Source: an uncultured Clostridium sp.
GTDB lineage: Bacteria > Bacillota > Clostridia > TANB77 > CAG-508
Direction of reading: 5' to 3'
Length of the DNA: 64,000 nucleotides
NCBI GenBank assembly: GCA_947302485.1
Contig: CAMYVO010000006.1
Coordinates: 4,849 to 68,848 of the forward strand
Shown piece after piece: positions 1-10,961 of this stretch (its first letter is position 1; each line of letters begins with the position of its first letter). A model generated the notes under the pieces. The model ran no database searches. It worked only from the letters and a program-made list of their open reading frames with translations, and was not told the origin of the DNA. The position numbers and the translations under genes were made by a program.

Positions 1-157
1 AATTAAAGACATGCTTTTTACAATAGATAACATATACTTTACCTACCTTCTTTCATATTTAGTTTTGTTTGTTTTGGAAATATTTTTAGAAAAAAATTTT
101 TAGAATTAAAATTTATATATTTTTTATATCACTATTTACAAATTTTGTAAAGAGGGG

Positions 158-186
158 GGCCAAAAAAGGACTGTTCTTTTTTGGCC
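158..186 (+). repeat. REP-like palindromic element, variant stem (copy 1)
   Basis: ggccaaaaaaGGACTGTTCttttttggcc. Perfect 10-bp stem. The loop matches the REP core GGAC(G/T)GTTC. Just downstream of the yitT-like stop. Confidence 0.6.
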
Positions 187-194
187 TCCTTTAT

Positions 195-1073
195 TTACTC
201 CTTAAATCCTAGGCCAAATGCTTCCCTGGCATTAGAAATTACTATAAAAGATTTTGGATCTATCTTTCGTGCAATTTGTTTTATTTTTAAAACTTCTCCT
301 CTAGATCCAATACACATAAGCATCATTTTTTCTTCTTTACTATACATTCCTTTTGCTAAAATACCAGTTGCACCTCTTCTTACCTCTTTTCCTACTTGTT
401 CTGCAATTTCTTCATATTTAGACGATATAATAAACATCATTTTAGTAAAATAAATTCCTTCAAAGAAAATATCTATTACTTTCCCATATAAATATATTGC
501 AACTGCCGAATATAATCCAATTTCTATTTTTTTAAAAACTATTACATTTAACGTAACAATAATAATATCAAATACAATAACAATTTCACTTGTTCTAAAG
601 TTAGGTTTGTAGTGTCTTATTAGATTTGCTATTAAATCTGTCCCACCTGTTGATCCATACGCTCTTAATACTAATGCTGTTCCTAATCCCAAAATACATC
701 CTCCATAAATACATGCTAAAACTTTATCCCCCGTTAATGGCTGATATTTATCAAATAGATCTATAAATATAGATAATGATATTGTTCCAATTAACGATTT
801 TATAAAAAATTCTTTTCCTAACTTAAACAATCCCCAAATAAAAAAAGGAATATTTAAAATTAAATTAACGGTACCTACTTGAAATCTAAATAAATAATAA
901 AACACTGTAGAAATACCTGTAAATCCTCCAGAAGAAAGTTGATTTGGAAGTAAAAAAAGAGATACACCAACTCCCATAATAGCTGCACCAGCTATTACTA
1001 ACATAGTTTCTAAAATTAATTTCTTAATATATCTTTTTGATATTAACTTTTTATTAAAAATATATTCTTTCAT
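195..1073 (-). CDS. YitT-family (DUF2179) integral membrane protein
   Basis: ORF track 195..1118. Start trimmed to ATG at 1073, preceded by AAGGTG. Multi-pass hydrophobic N-domain plus soluble C-terminal domain typical of the YitT/YqfU family. Confidence 0.7.
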   Translation of the reverse strand: MKEYIFNKKLISKRYIKKLILETMLVIAGAAIMGVGVSLFLLPNQLSSGGFTGISTVFYYLFRFQVGTVNLILNIPFFIWGLFKLGKEFFIKSLIGTISLSIFIDLFDKYQPLTGDKVLACIYGGCILGLGTALVLRAYGSTGGTDLIANLIRHYKPNFRTSEIVIVFDIIIVTLNVIVFKKIEIGLYSAVAIYLYGKVIDIFFEGIYFTKMMFIISSKYEEIAEQVGKEVRRGATGILAKGMYSKEEKMMLMCIGSRGEVLKIKQIARKIDPKSFIVISNAREAFGLGFKE

Positions 1074-1138
1074 AATTACACCTTTACATGTAATTATTTC
1101 CAAACTTAAAAGAAACATGCATCTTTAACTTAAGAAAA

Positions 1139-1167
1139 TTGCCATTAGGGACGGAGCTTTTTGGCAA
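1139..1167 (+). repeat. REP-like element (copy 2, forward)
   Basis: ttgccattagggacggagctttttggcaa. Exact reverse complement of 1211..1239. Confidence 0.85.
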
Positions 1168-1210
1168 TTTTTTGATGTGCAGTGATTCTTTTGATTTATA
1201 AATGAAAAAA

Positions 1211-1239
1211 TTGCCAAAAAGCTCCGTCCCTAATGGCAA
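1211..1239 (-). repeat. REP-like element (copy 3, reverse). Forms an inverted doublet with copy 2.
   Basis: ttgccaaaaagctccgtccctaatggcaa, 43-bp spacer to copy 2. Confidence 0.85.
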
Positions 1240-1250
1240 TTTTTTTCTTA

Positions 1251-2327
1251 CTACAGATTAATTTTTTCTCTTACTTGTTCTACATATTCATCATAAGTCT
1301 GAACTATTTCTAGTTTAGACTTTCCTTGTTTTATATTATTATCTCCTTGAACTTTAATATCAACTTCATATGTATCTTTTAATTTTTTTACATTTGCCCT
1401 CTTGTGTCCTATTACATTATTTACATCTACTGGATTAACTTTTATATTTACTTCTTTTACTTTTACATTTATTTTTTTAATTTTATCTACAATGCTATCA
1501 TACCATATACTATCTTCTACAAGTTGTCCAAAGGCTGGATGATATGGTCCTGCAATTACATCACTTTTATCTGAACCTGGTTCTGTAATAAGATCTGTAT
1601 TTTGAAGTCCAATCCTTATAACTTTAATTTTCTTTTTATTAAATAAATAAACAAGTTCTTTACATCTTTCAATAGCTTGATTTAAATTAATTGGCTCATA
1701 TTCACCTGATTCATATTCATTTGCAAGTTCTGTATTTTTAATTACTAATACTGGATAAATTCTTATCATTTTTGGTTTTAGTTTAATTAAATCTTTTGCA
1801 GTATTTAATTCATCTATTTTTGTACTGTCTGGAAGTCCAACCATTATTTGATGTCCTAAATTAAACCTATATCTACGAATTAATTTAGAAGCTTTTTTTA
1901 CATCTTCAAATGTATGTCCTCTTTTACATCTTTTTAATATGTAATCATTAGTAGATTGTACCCCTAATTCAATAGTTTTTACATTATATTTTTTTAGCAT
2001 TTTTAAATTATCTTTACTAATATAGTCTGGTCTAGTAGATATACGAATAGAGTCTATTTTCTTTTCTTTTATATATTCATTTGCAACTTTTAACAATTTT
2101 TCTTGTTCTTCTATTTCAATTCCTGTAAAACTTCCTCCAAAAAAAGCTATTTCCTTTCTATAATTATCCTCTTTAAAACTTTCTAAATATTCATCGATTG
2201 TTCTTCTTAAGTTTTCTTCTGTAATTATATTTTTTTCACCACTAATACTCTTTTGATTACAAAAAGTACAATCATTTGGACAGCCTAAATGTGGTACAAA
2301 TATTGGTATTACATACAATCCACTCAT
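1251..2327 (-). CDS. Radical SAM protein, ELP3-like (COG1243-type, no acetyltransferase domain)
   Basis: N-terminal CPNDCTFC (CxxxCxxC) cluster motif and TIM-barrel-like length. Often sits next to rnc in Clostridia. Confidence 0.7.
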   Translation of the reverse strand: MSGLYVIPIFVPHLGCPNDCTFCNQKSISGEKNIITEENLRRTIDEYLESFKEDNYRKEIAFFGGSFTGIEIEEQEKLLKVANEYIKEKKIDSIRISTRPDYISKDNLKMLKKYNVKTIELGVQSTNDYILKRCKRGHTFEDVKKASKLIRRYRFNLGHQIMVGLPDSTKIDELNTAKDLIKLKPKMIRIYPVLVIKNTELANEYESGEYEPINLNQAIERCKELVYLFNKKKIKVIRIGLQNTDLITEPGSDKSDVIAGPYHPAFGQLVEDSIWYDSIVDKIKKINVKVKEVNIKVNPVDVNNVIGHKRANVKKLKDTYEVDIKVQGDNNIKQGKSKLEIVQTYDEYVEQVREKINL

Positions 2328-2385
2328 ATACTCCTCCTTTTTCTTTGGGCGAGCTACTAGCTCTCCTCTACATGTCTTGCAATAT

Positions 2386-3054
2386 CTACTTTAATTCATC
2401 TAATGCTTTTCTTGCCGCTTCCATTTCAGCTAATTTTTTTGATTTTCCATCTCCTTGTGCAAGAAGCTTTCCATCACATTCAACTTGTGCTGTAAATTTT
2501 TTATCATGGTCTGGTCCCTCTTCACGAATAATAGTATATTTAATATTAACTTCCCCATTTATTTGAAGTTTTTCTTGCAATACTGTTTTATAGTCTTTCA
2601 TACCAACATGCATACTAGCCGTTTTAACAGTATTTGATAAGTTAGATAGAATAAAATTTTTTGCACATTCAATTCCTCCGTCTAAATATATAGCTGCAAT
2701 TACTGCCTCAACACTGTCTGCTAATATTGCTGGCCTTTTATTTCCATGGCTTGCTACTTCACTTTTTCCTAAATACAAGAAATCACTAAAATCACGCTTT
2801 AAAGCTACATTATATAAACTATCTTCACATACAACAGAAGCTCTAACTTTAGTCATTTCTCCTTCTTTTAAATTATCATAATTTTGGAACAATACATCAC
2901 TTATAACAAACTCTAAGATACTATCTCCTAAATACTCTAATTTTTCATTACTCTCACACTTATGTTCATTCGCATATGATGTGTGAGTTAATGCAGTTTT
3001 TAATAATTCTTTATTATTAAAAGAATATCCTATATTATTTTCGAATTCTTCCAT
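2386..3054 (-). CDS. rnc: Ribonuclease III
   Basis: RNase III signature EKLEYLGDSILEF and a C-terminal dsRNA-binding domain (KDYKTVLQE...GKSKKLAEMEAA). Confidence 0.92.
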   Translation of the reverse strand: MEEFENNIGYSFNNKELLKTALTHTSYANEHKCESNEKLEYLGDSILEFVISDVLFQNYDNLKEGEMTKVRASVVCEDSLYNVALKRDFSDFLYLGKSEVASHGNKRPAILADSVEAVIAAIYLDGGIECAKNFILSNLSNTVKTASMHVGMKDYKTVLQEKLQINGEVNIKYTIIREEGPDHDKKFTAQVECDGKLLAQGDGKSKKLAEMEAARKALDELK

Positions 3055-3132
3055 CTTAAATTTTCACCTCCTTTTTTAAGTTTATTATATACTCATTTAT
3101 CGAATTTTGGCAAGTAAAAAATAAAATAGTAC

Positions 3133-3181
3133 AAAAAAAAGCGAAATCCGGTTTACCTTATTGGTATTTTACCGTTTTCGC
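3133..3181 (-). terminator. Rho-independent terminator after acpP
   Basis: Hairpin gcgaaa..ccggt..tacc / ggta..accg..tttcgc, followed on the minus strand by T8. Confidence 0.6.
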
Positions 3182-3205
3182 CCCCATTTTTAAATTGAAT
3201 TTTTA

Positions 3206-3445
3206 TTATAAATTATCTTTAATGTATTCAACAACATCATTGACAGTTACTATTTTTTCTGCATCTGCATCTGGAATTTCCATATCAAATTCTTCTTCAA
3301 GAGCCATGATTAATTCAACAATGTCTAATGAATCTGCACCTAAATCATCTATAAAAGATGCATCACTAGTTACAGAACCTTCTGTAACACCTAATTGCTC
3401 TACTATAATTTCTTTTACCTTCTCAAAAACCTCTTCTGAACTCAT
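3206..3445 (-). CDS. acpP: Acyl carrier protein
   Basis: 79 aa and acidic, with phosphopantetheine attachment motif [11 protein letters not shown]. Confidence 0.92.
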   Translation of the reverse strand: MSSEEVFEKVKEIIVEQLGVTEGSVTSDASFIDDLGADSLDIVELIMALEEEFDMEIPDADAEKIVTVNDVVEYIKDNL

Positions 3446-3541
3446 TATATAAGTTCACCCCCTCTCGATTTATCTTTAGTTTCGTTAATATTATATATAT
3501 TACATGTTTAATATATTGTCAAGCAAAATTTAAATTAATTT

Positions 3542-4564
3542 TTAGTTTATTTTATTAAACTCTTCTATCATCATTTCAACTGATTTTTTCTTAGCAAAAT
3601 CCTCTGCTTGTTTAATTGTATAGTAAAATAATCTTTCATCACTACTTCCATGTGCCTTTACAACAGGTTTCTTTACTCCTAAAAACAAAGCCCCTCCGTA
3701 TTCTTTGTAATCCATTGTCTTTGCAAATCTTTTAATAGACGGTAATGCAGGCACTGATGCAATTTTAGATAAAAAATTTTTCTTTAAATTTTCGGTCAAT
3801 GATCTTTTTACAAGTTTTCCAAATCCTTCTACAGTTTTTAAAAATACATTACCCGTAAATCCATCTGTAACAACAATGTCAATTTTGCCTGTAAAAGCAT
3901 CTCTTCCTTCAATATTACCAACAAAATTCATATTATATTTTGGGCTATTCTCTTTTAATAATTTATATGCTTCTTTAACAAGTTCATTACCCTTTGTGTC
4001 CTCTGTTCCTATGTTTAATAAACCAATAACTGGTGATTTTATATCAAATGTATTTTTTAAATATATATCTCCCATTTGAGCAAATTGAAATAGATTTATT
4101 GGTTTACAATTTGTATTAGATCCCGCATCTATTAACATAACACGTTTTTTATATGATGGAAGCATCGGTGCTAAAGCTGGTCTATCTATGCCTTTAATTC
4201 TTCCGATAAGAAGCGTTGCACCTGTAAGTAATGCACCTGAATTACCCGCAGAAATAAACACATCTCCTTTTTCTTCTTTTAATAATCTAAATCCAACAAC
4301 CATAGAAGAATCTTTCTTATGTTTAATTGCCATTGTTGGTATGTCTTCCATTTCTATTGTTTCTGTTGTATGATATATTTCAAATTTATTTGATATCTCT
4401 TTTATATCTTTTTTTCCATATAATTCTTTAACTCTAGAATTGATTATTTCTTTATTTCCTATTAATGTTATATTTGATTCAATTTCATTTATTGCTTTTA
4501 CCGCTCCTTTTATTACTGCATCTGGTGCGTTATCTCCACCCATAGCATCAAGTAATATTGTCAT
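3542..4564 (-). CDS. plsX: Phosphate acyltransferase PlsX
   Basis: Full-length PlsX-like sequence (MTILLDAMGGDNAP..., ...VKAHGSS...). Confidence 0.9.
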   Translation of the reverse strand: MTILLDAMGGDNAPDAVIKGAVKAINEIESNITLIGNKEIINSRVKELYGKKDIKEISNKFEIYHTTETIEMEDIPTMAIKHKKDSSMVVGFRLLKEEKGDVFISAGNSGALLTGATLLIGRIKGIDRPALAPMLPSYKKRVMLIDAGSNTNCKPINLFQFAQMGDIYLKNTFDIKSPVIGLLNIGTEDTKGNELVKEAYKLLKENSPKYNMNFVGNIEGRDAFTGKIDIVVTDGFTGNVFLKTVEGFGKLVKRSLTENLKKNFLSKIASVPALPSIKRFAKTMDYKEYGGALFLGVKKPVVKAHGSSDERLFYYTIKQAEDFAKKKSVEMMIEEFNKIN

Positions 4565-4670
4565 GTACTATCCTCCTTAATTGTCTTATTACTTCATATA
4601 TATTTAAGACTAATTAATTGTATTATTATTTTTTTAAAAAAGCAAGTATTTTAAATAATAATATTTAAGT

Positions 4671-4705
4671 AAAAAAAATGGAGCATATACATGCTCCATT
4701 TTTTT
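4671..4705. terminator. Bidirectional-type terminator after tuf
   Basis: A8, then tggagcat atac atgctcca, then T7. Confidence 0.8.
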
Positions 4706-4719
4706 ATAAATTATTTAAA

Positions 4720-5922
4720 CTACTCTATTATATCAGAAACGATACCAGAACCTACTGTTCTACCACCTTCACGAATAGCAAATCTTAATCCTTTTTCGAT
4801 AGCAATTGGTGTAATTAATTCGATTGTCATAGCTATGTTATCACCAGGCATTACCATTTCTGTTCCAGCAGGTAATTCGATAACACCAGTAACATCTGTT
4901 GTTCTAAAATAGAATTGTGGTCTATATCCATTGAAGAATGGAGTATGTCTTCCACCTTCTTCTTTTGTTAGAACATAAACTTCTGATTTGAATTTTGTAT
5001 GTGGATGAATTGTTCCAGGTTTAGCTAAAACTTGACCTCTTTCAATTTCATCTCTTTGAATTCCTCTTAAAAGAACTCCTATGTTATCTCCAGCTTCTGC
5101 TTGGTCTAATAATTTTCTGAACATTTCAACACCTGTAACAACAGTTTTTGAAGATTCATTTTTAAGTCCAACTATTTCAACTTCGTCAGATAATTTAACA
5201 ACTCCTCTTTCTACTCTACCTGTTGCAACTGTTCCTCTACCTGTGATAGAGAATACATCTTCAACTGGCATTAAGAATGGTTGATCTGTTGGTCTATCTG
5301 GTGTTGGGATATAGCTATCAACTGCATCCATTAATTCTTTCATTGGAGCATATACAGGATCATTAGGATCTGTAGATGATGATTCTAATACTTGTAATGA
5401 AGATCCTTTAATAATTGGAATCTCATCTCCAGGGAAATCATAGCTTGATAATAGGTCTCTAACTTCCATTTCAACTAATTCTAATAATTCTGGATCATCA
5501 ACCATATCACATTTATTTAAATATACTACGATATATTTAACACCAACTTGTCTTGCAAGTAATATATGCTCTCTTGTTTGAGGCATTGGTCCATCTGCTG
5601 CTGAAACTACAAGTATTGCACCATCCATTTGTGCAGCACCAGTAATCATGTTTTTAACATAATCAGCATGTCCAGGACAGTCAACGTGTGCATAGTGTCT
5701 ATTTTCTGTTTCATATTCAACGTGTGCAGTATTAATTGTGATTCCTCTTGCTTTCTCTTCTGGAGCACCATCGATTTGATCATATGCTTCATATTGAGCT
5801 CTTCCTAATAATGATAAGAATTTTGTAATAGCGGCTGTTGTTGTTGTTTTTCCATGGTCAACGTGACCAATTGTACCGATATTAACGTGTGGTTTTGTTC
5901 TTTCAAATTTAGCTTTTGCCAT
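4720..5922 (-). CDS. tuf: Elongation factor Tu
   Basis: [17 protein letters not shown] and NKCD GTPase motifs. Full-length EF-Tu. Confidence 0.98.
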   Translation of the reverse strand: MAKAKFERTKPHVNIGTIGHVDHGKTTTTAAITKFLSLLGRAQYEAYDQIDGAPEEKARGITINTAHVEYETENRHYAHVDCPGHADYVKNMITGAAQMDGAILVVSAADGPMPQTREHILLARQVGVKYIVVYLNKCDMVDDPELLELVEMEVRDLLSSYDFPGDEIPIIKGSSLQVLESSSTDPNDPVYAPMKELMDAVDSYIPTPDRPTDQPFLMPVEDVFSITGRGTVATGRVERGVVKLSDEVEIVGLKNESSKTVVTGVEMFRKLLDQAEAGDNIGVLLRGIQRDEIERGQVLAKPGTIHPHTKFKSEVYVLTKEEGGRHTPFFNGYRPQFYFRTTDVTGVIELPAGTEMVMPGDNIAMTIELITPIAIEKGLRFAIREGGRTVGSGIVSDIIE

Positions 5923-5988
5923 TTTTGAATCCTCCTTTAATTTTTTATATTTTTAAAATTTAATATCCTTTTAATTATAGGCAAATGT

Positions 5989-6017
5989 ATTTTATAATAA
6001 TTTTCCTAATTTTGCAA
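5989..6017 (-). promoter_or_regulatory. Putative internal promoter for tuf
   Basis: TTGCAA, 17 nt, TAAAAT on the minus strand in the fusA-tuf spacer. Confidence 0.45.
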
Positions 6018-6039
6018 GTATTTTTTATAAATACTCTTA

Positions 6040-8124
6040 TTAATCTTCATTTTTTGCTTTAGAAGCTACTATATTATCTAATATTGATTTTGGTACTTCT
6101 TCGTAATGACTTGGTTCCATTGAATAAGTACCTCTACCTTGTGTTTTAGAACGTAAGTCTGTTGCATATCCAAACATTTCAGATAATGGAATAAATGCTC
6201 TAATTTCTTGCATTCCGTCACTTGCTTCCATACCTTCCATTCTTCCTCTTCTTGAATTTACATCTCCAATAACATCTCCCATATATTCTTCTGGAACTGT
6301 TATTTCAACCTTCATAATTGGTTCTAATATAACTGCTTTAGCTTTTTTACATCCTTCTTTGAACGCCATAGATCCAGCAATTTTAAATGCCATTTCTGAA
6401 GAGTCAACATCATGGTAAGATCCATCAACAAGTGTTGCTTTAAAGTCTATAACTGGATATCCTGCAAGAATTCCGCTTTCAGCAGCTTCTCTAATTCCTT
6501 CTTCAACTGGTTTAATATATTCTTTTGGAACAACACCACCAACGATTTTGCTCTCAAATTCTATACCTTTACCTGGATCTAATGGTTCCATTTCTAGCCA
6601 TACATGACCATATTGTCCACGTCCACCAGATTGACGAATGAATTTTCCTTCTACTTTTACAGAATCTCTAATAGTTTCTTTATATGCAACTTGTGGTTTA
6701 CCAACATTACATTCTACTTTAAATTCTCTTTTTAATCTATCAACAATTATATCTAAGTGTAATTCACCCATACCTGCTATAATGGTTTGCCCAGTTTCTT
6801 GATTTGTATATGCCTTAAATGTTGGATCTTCTTCTGCAAGTTTTGATAATGCAATACCCATTTTTTCTTGAGCAGCTTTATCTTTTGGTTCAATAGCAAT
6901 ATCAATAACTGGCTCTGGAAATTCCATTGATTCAAGTATTATTGGATGATTTGGATCACATAAAGTGTTTCCAGTTGTTACATCTTTTAATCCAACTGCT
7001 GCTGCAATATCTCCAGCATATACTTTATCGATATCTTCTCTGTGATTTGCATGCATTTGTAAGATTCTTCCTATTCTTTCTTTCTTTCCTTTACTTGAAT
7101 TTAAAACAGTTGAACCTGATTCTAATGTTCCTGAATAAACTCTAAAGAAACATAGTTTTCCAACAAATGGATCTGTAGCAATTTTAAATGCAAGTGCAGC
7201 AAATGGTTCTGAATCTGAAGTTTTAGCTTCTGTTTCTTCTCCCTCTTCTGTCTCGCCTTTAATATTTGGTATATCTAATGGTGAAGGCATGTAATCAACT
7301 ATATTGTTTAACAATTCTTGAACACCTTTATTTTTGTATGAAGAACCACAACATACTGGAACTATTTTATTTGCAATAGTACCCTTACGAAGTCCTAATT
7401 TGATTTCAGCTTCTGTTAATTCTTCTCCTTCTAGGTATTTCATCATTAATTCTTCATCTTGATCACAAGCAGCTTCAATCATTGCTGCTCTATATTCTTC
7501 TGCCATAGATTTTAAATCTTCAGGTATATCTGTTTCCTCAATTTCTTTTCCTAAATCATCTTTATGAATAAATGCTCTCATTTTAACTAAATCAACTATA
7601 CCTTTGAAATTATCTTCTGCTCCAATTGGTAATTGAATTGGAACTGGATTTGCTTTTAATCTATTTTTTAATTGATCTACACAAAGCATAAAGTTTGCTC
7701 CAGTGATATCCATTTTATTAACATATACCATTCTTGGAACATGATATTTATCAGCTTGTCTCCATACTGTCTCTGTTTGTGGCTGAACACCACCCTTTGC
7801 AGCAAGTACTGTAACAGCTCCATCTAATACTTTAAGAGATCTTTGAACTTCTACTGTAAAGTCAACGTGCCCTGGAGTATCTATGATATTAATTCTATTT
7901 TCATTCCAAAAACATGTTGTAGCAGCAGAAGTAATTGTTATACCTCTTTCTTGTTCTTGTTCCATCCAGTCCATTGTAGCAGCACCTTCGTGTACTTCTC
8001 CAATTTTATGAGTTTTTCCTGTATAGAATAATATTCTTTCTGTTGTTGTAGTTTTCCCTGCATCAATATGAGCAACTATTCCTATATTTCTTGTTTTCTC
8101 TAATGAGTACGCTCTTCCTGCCAT
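6040..8124 (-). CDS. fusA: Elongation factor G
   Basis: [17 protein letters not shown] and NKMD motifs, 694 aa. Position after rpsG. Confidence 0.98.
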   Translation of the reverse strand: MAGRAYSLEKTRNIGIVAHIDAGKTTTTERILFYTGKTHKIGEVHEGAATMDWMEQEQERGITITSAATTCFWNENRINIIDTPGHVDFTVEVQRSLKVLDGAVTVLAAKGGVQPQTETVWRQADKYHVPRMVYVNKMDITGANFMLCVDQLKNRLKANPVPIQLPIGAEDNFKGIVDLVKMRAFIHKDDLGKEIEETDIPEDLKSMAEEYRAAMIEAACDQDEELMMKYLEGEELTEAEIKLGLRKGTIANKIVPVCCGSSYKNKGVQELLNNIVDYMPSPLDIPNIKGETEEGEETEAKTSDSEPFAALAFKIATDPFVGKLCFFRVYSGTLESGSTVLNSSKGKKERIGRILQMHANHREDIDKVYAGDIAAAVGLKDVTTGNTLCDPNHPIILESMEFPEPVIDIAIEPKDKAAQEKMGIALSKLAEEDPTFKAYTNQETGQTIIAGMGELHLDIIVDRLKREFKVECNVGKPQVAYKETIRDSVKVEGKFIRQSGGRGQYGHVWLEMEPLDPGKGIEFESKIVGGVVPKEYIKPVEEGIREAAESGILAGYPVIDFKATLVDGSYHDVDSSEMAFKIAGSMAFKEGCKKAKAVILEPIMKVEITVPEEYMGDVIGDVNSRRGRMEGMEASDGMQEIRAFIPLSEMFGYATDLRSKTQGRGTYSMEPSHYEEVPKSILDNIVASKAKNED

Positions 8125-8293
8125 TTATTTTATTTCCTCCCTTCATTTTTTCCTCTCAAATTACTTGGATTTGAATTTCAGAATGGTAAGATACGCATTT
8201 TTTGAATTTAATGCAAGACGAGATAGTACGATTGTACATCGAGGTTTGCATTAAAGAAGAAAATGTGTAGATTGCCATTATCAAATTCTAATC

Positions 8294-8764
8294 CTACCAC
8301 TTATAGTGTGCAAATGCCTTATTAGCTTCTGCCATTCTGTGTGTATCTTCTTTCTTTTTAAATGCTCCACCGTTTTCGTTAATTGCATCAATAATTTCTC
8401 CAGCTAATTTTTCAGCCATTGTTTTTTCATGTCTATTTCTAGCATATGTTACAAGCCATCTTAAACCTAAAGTTTGTCTTCTTTCTGGTCTAATCTCTAA
8501 TGGAACTTGGTATGTTGCTCCACCAACTCTTCTTGCTTTAACTTCAAGAACAGGCATGATATTATTTAATGCTGCTTCAAAAACTTCAAGTGGATCTTTT
8601 TGCTCTTTTTCTTTTATAATATCAAATGCATCATAAACTATTTTTTGAGCAACTGTTTTTTTACCATCTAACATAATATTATTAATTAGTTTTGTTACTA
8701 TTTTACTATTATATATTGGATCTGGTAAAACATCTCTTTTTGCAATATATCCTTTTCTTGGCAC
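8294..8764 (-). CDS. rpsG: 30S ribosomal protein S7
   Basis: 156 aa, canonical S7 sequence (MPRKG...AFAHYKW). Confidence 0.98.
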   Translation of the reverse strand: MPRKGYIAKRDVLPDPIYNSKIVTKLINNIMLDGKKTVAQKIVYDAFDIIKEKEQKDPLEVFEAALNNIMPVLEVKARRVGGATYQVPLEIRPERRQTLGLRWLVTYARNRHEKTMAEKLAGEIIDAINENGGAFKKKEDTHRMAEANKAFAHYKW

Positions 8765-8908
8765 TTTTCTTCCCTCCTTAATATAATTTGATACTAAATA
8801 AGTATCTAGGTACTCGGGATTATAATCCCGTCAGTGCTATCATCTATTCTAAATTTAAGCACCTTCAAATTTAGTAATATTAATTAGCACTAATAATCTA
8901 CTTTAAGA

Positions 8909-9322
8909 TTATTTTTTTGGTTTTTTTGCTCCATACTTAGATCTAGCTTGCATTCTATCTTTTACACCAGCTGTATCTAATGTTCCTCTGATAATGTGAT
9001 ATCTAACACCAGGTAAATCCTTTACCCTTCCTCCTCTAATTAGAACAACGCTATGCTCTTGAAGGTTGTGTCCAATACCAGGAATGTATGAAGTTACTTC
9101 ATAACCGTTTGAAAGTCTAACTCTGGCTACTTTTCTTAAAGCAGAGTTTGGTTTCTTAGGTGTTACTGTTTTTACTACTGTACACACACCTCTTTTTTGT
9201 GGTGATCTTGCGTCTGTTAATTTTTTGTTTTTAGAGTTATATCCATGTTGTAATGCTGGTGCAGTAGATTTTGTAGTAGTACTTTTTCTCCCTTTTCTTA
9301 CTAATTGGTTGATTGTTGGCAC
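8909..9322 (-). CDS. rpsL: 30S ribosomal protein S12
   Basis: Canonical S12 ([11 protein letters not shown]..., [16 protein letters not shown]). GTG start preceded by AAGAGGTGA. Confidence 0.98.
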   Translation of the reverse strand: MPTINQLVRKGRKSTTTKSTAPALQHGYNSKNKKLTDARSPQKRGVCTVVKTVTPKKPNSALRKVARVRLSNGYEVTSYIPGIGHNLQEHSVVLIRGGRVKDLPGVRYHIIRGTLDTAGVKDRMQARSKYGAKKPKK

Positions 9323-9400
9323 TTAAATTTCACCTCTTTTCAAAATAAAATAGAACGTTACGGAAATGCACATTTAACGCATTTTACACTAACGTTTTAT

Positions 9401-9429
9401 ATTTTAACATAATTTGTTGTTCATGTCAA
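9401..9429 (-). promoter_or_regulatory. Sigma-A-type promoter of the str operon (rpsL)
   Basis: Consensus TTGACA, 17 nt, TAAAAT on the minus strand, about 80 nt upstream of the rpsL start. A structured leader follows. Confidence 0.65.
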
Positions 9430-9601
9430 TACTTTTTAACGCTCTTCTCCATCTGATTCTCCTACGGATTTCCTTAATTTACTTATATTATTTTCATACT
9501 CTCTACGAATTCTTTTTGTTCCTTCAACATCATATTCAAATTCCTCATAAACTCTTCTATTTTTAATATAAATGTAATATTTTATTAATATTATTATTTC
9601 A

Positions 9602-10960
9602 TTATATATGTTTTAATAGTCCATCCAATCCATCTAAAGATCTTTTTGATAACATATTATATCTTTCTCTCTTATCTCTAATTTTTTCTCCTTCTAGCTC
9701 TGGTAAAATGCCAAAATTAGCATTCATTGGTTGAAATTTTGTATTTTCTGTAGAAATATATTTTGCAAGTGCACCTATTATTGTTTTTTCTGAAAAAATA
9801 ACACTTTCTTTTTTTTGAAATTTTTTTACTGCATTAATCCCAGCAACCAATCCTGAAGAAATTGATTCTACATACCCTTCTACTCCAGTAATTTGTCCTG
9901 CAAAAAATAGCTTTGGATTCATTCTCATAGAATAATCTGCAAATAATAATTTACTAGAATTTATATATGTATTTCTGTGCATTACTCCATATTTAACAAA
10001 ATCTGCATTTTTAAGTCCTGGTATACTAGAAAAAACTTTTTTTTGTTCTCCAAACTTCAAATTAGTCTGAAATCCTACCAAATTATATATTGTAGCTTCG
10101 CTATTATCTTGACGTAGTTGAACAACTGCATAGGGTCTTTTCGCAAACCTTGGATCATCAAATCCTACTGGTTTTAAAGGTCCAAATCTTAATGTATCTA
10201 TTCCACGCTTTGCCATAACTTCGATTGGCATGCAACCTTCAAATATTTCTCTTTTTTCAAATTCGTGAAGTGTCACAACTTCAGCACTTACAAGTTTATT
10301 CCAAAAATTCTCATATTCTTCTTTGTTCATTGGTAAATTTATATAGCTTTTTTTCTCTTTTTCTTGTCTAATTCTCCACTCATCTATAGATTCTTCTTTC
10401 TTTTTCTCCTGTGAATATCTATCCCCATAAAACGCTATACCAAAATTAATGCTTTCTTTTGTTACAATAGGTGCTGCTGCATCATAAAAATACAATTCAT
10501 CATTTCCAGTTATTTCGGTAATTTTTTTTGCCATAATATCTGAAGTTAATGGTCCAGTAGCAATAATAACTATACCATCTTCTGGAATTTCTTTGACTTC
10601 TTCACGAATTATCTCAATATTTTTCATATTATATATTTTTTTTGTTACCAACTCAGAAAATTTTTGTCTATCAACAGCTAATGCTTGTCCCGCTGGTACA
10701 CAAGTTTCATCTGCACAGCTAATTAATAAAGAATCTAATCTTCTCAATTCCTCTTTTAATAAACCACATGCATTAGAAAGTAAATTTGATTTAAGAGAAT
10801 TACTACAAACAATTTCTGATAAATTAGAATTTGTATGTGCAGGTGAAAACTTTTGTGGTTTCATTTCATATAGTTTTACATTTATTCCTCTTTTTGCAAT
10901 TTGATAGGCGGCCTCACAACCTGCAAGGCCACCTCCTATAACAGTAATATAATCTACCAT
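9602..10960 (-). CDS. trmFO: Methylenetetrahydrofolate--tRNA-(uracil54-C5)-methyltransferase TrmFO
   Basis: FAD-binding VIGGGLAGCEAAYQ and full-length TrmFO/Gid similarity. ORF track starts at 10990. ATG 10960 (MVDYITVIGGG) avoids overlap with the upstream ORF, whose stop is at 10962. Confidence 0.9.
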   Translation of the reverse strand: MVDYITVIGGGLAGCEAAYQIAKRGINVKLYEMKPQKFSPAHTNSNLSEIVCSNSLKSNLLSNACGLLKEELRRLDSLLISCADETCVPAGQALAVDRQKFSELVTKKIYNMKNIEIIREEVKEIPEDGIVIIATGPLTSDIMAKKITEITGNDELYFYDAAAPIVTKESINFGIAFYGDRYSQEKKKEESIDEWRIRQEKEKKSYINLPMNKEEYENFWNKLVSAEVVTLHEFEKREIFEGCMPIEVMAKRGIDTLRFGPLKPVGFDDPRFAKRPYAVVQLRQDNSEATIYNLVGFQTNLKFGEQKKVFSSIPGLKNADFVKYGVMHRNTYINSSKLLFADYSMRMNPKLFFAGQITGVEGYVESISSGLVAGINAVKKFQKKESVIFSEKTIIGALAKYISTENTKFQPMNANFGILPELEGEKIRDKRERYNMLSKRSLDGLDGLLKHI

Positions 10961-10961
10961 C

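Noticed and set aside
9431-9601. Protein-like reading frame (…NRRVYEEFEYDVEGTKRIRREYENNISKLRKSVGESDGEER*) between trmFO and the rpsL promoter.
   Set aside because: The roughly 53 open codons have no ATG, GTG or TTG start and no RBS. It may be a gene remnant and is not annotated.
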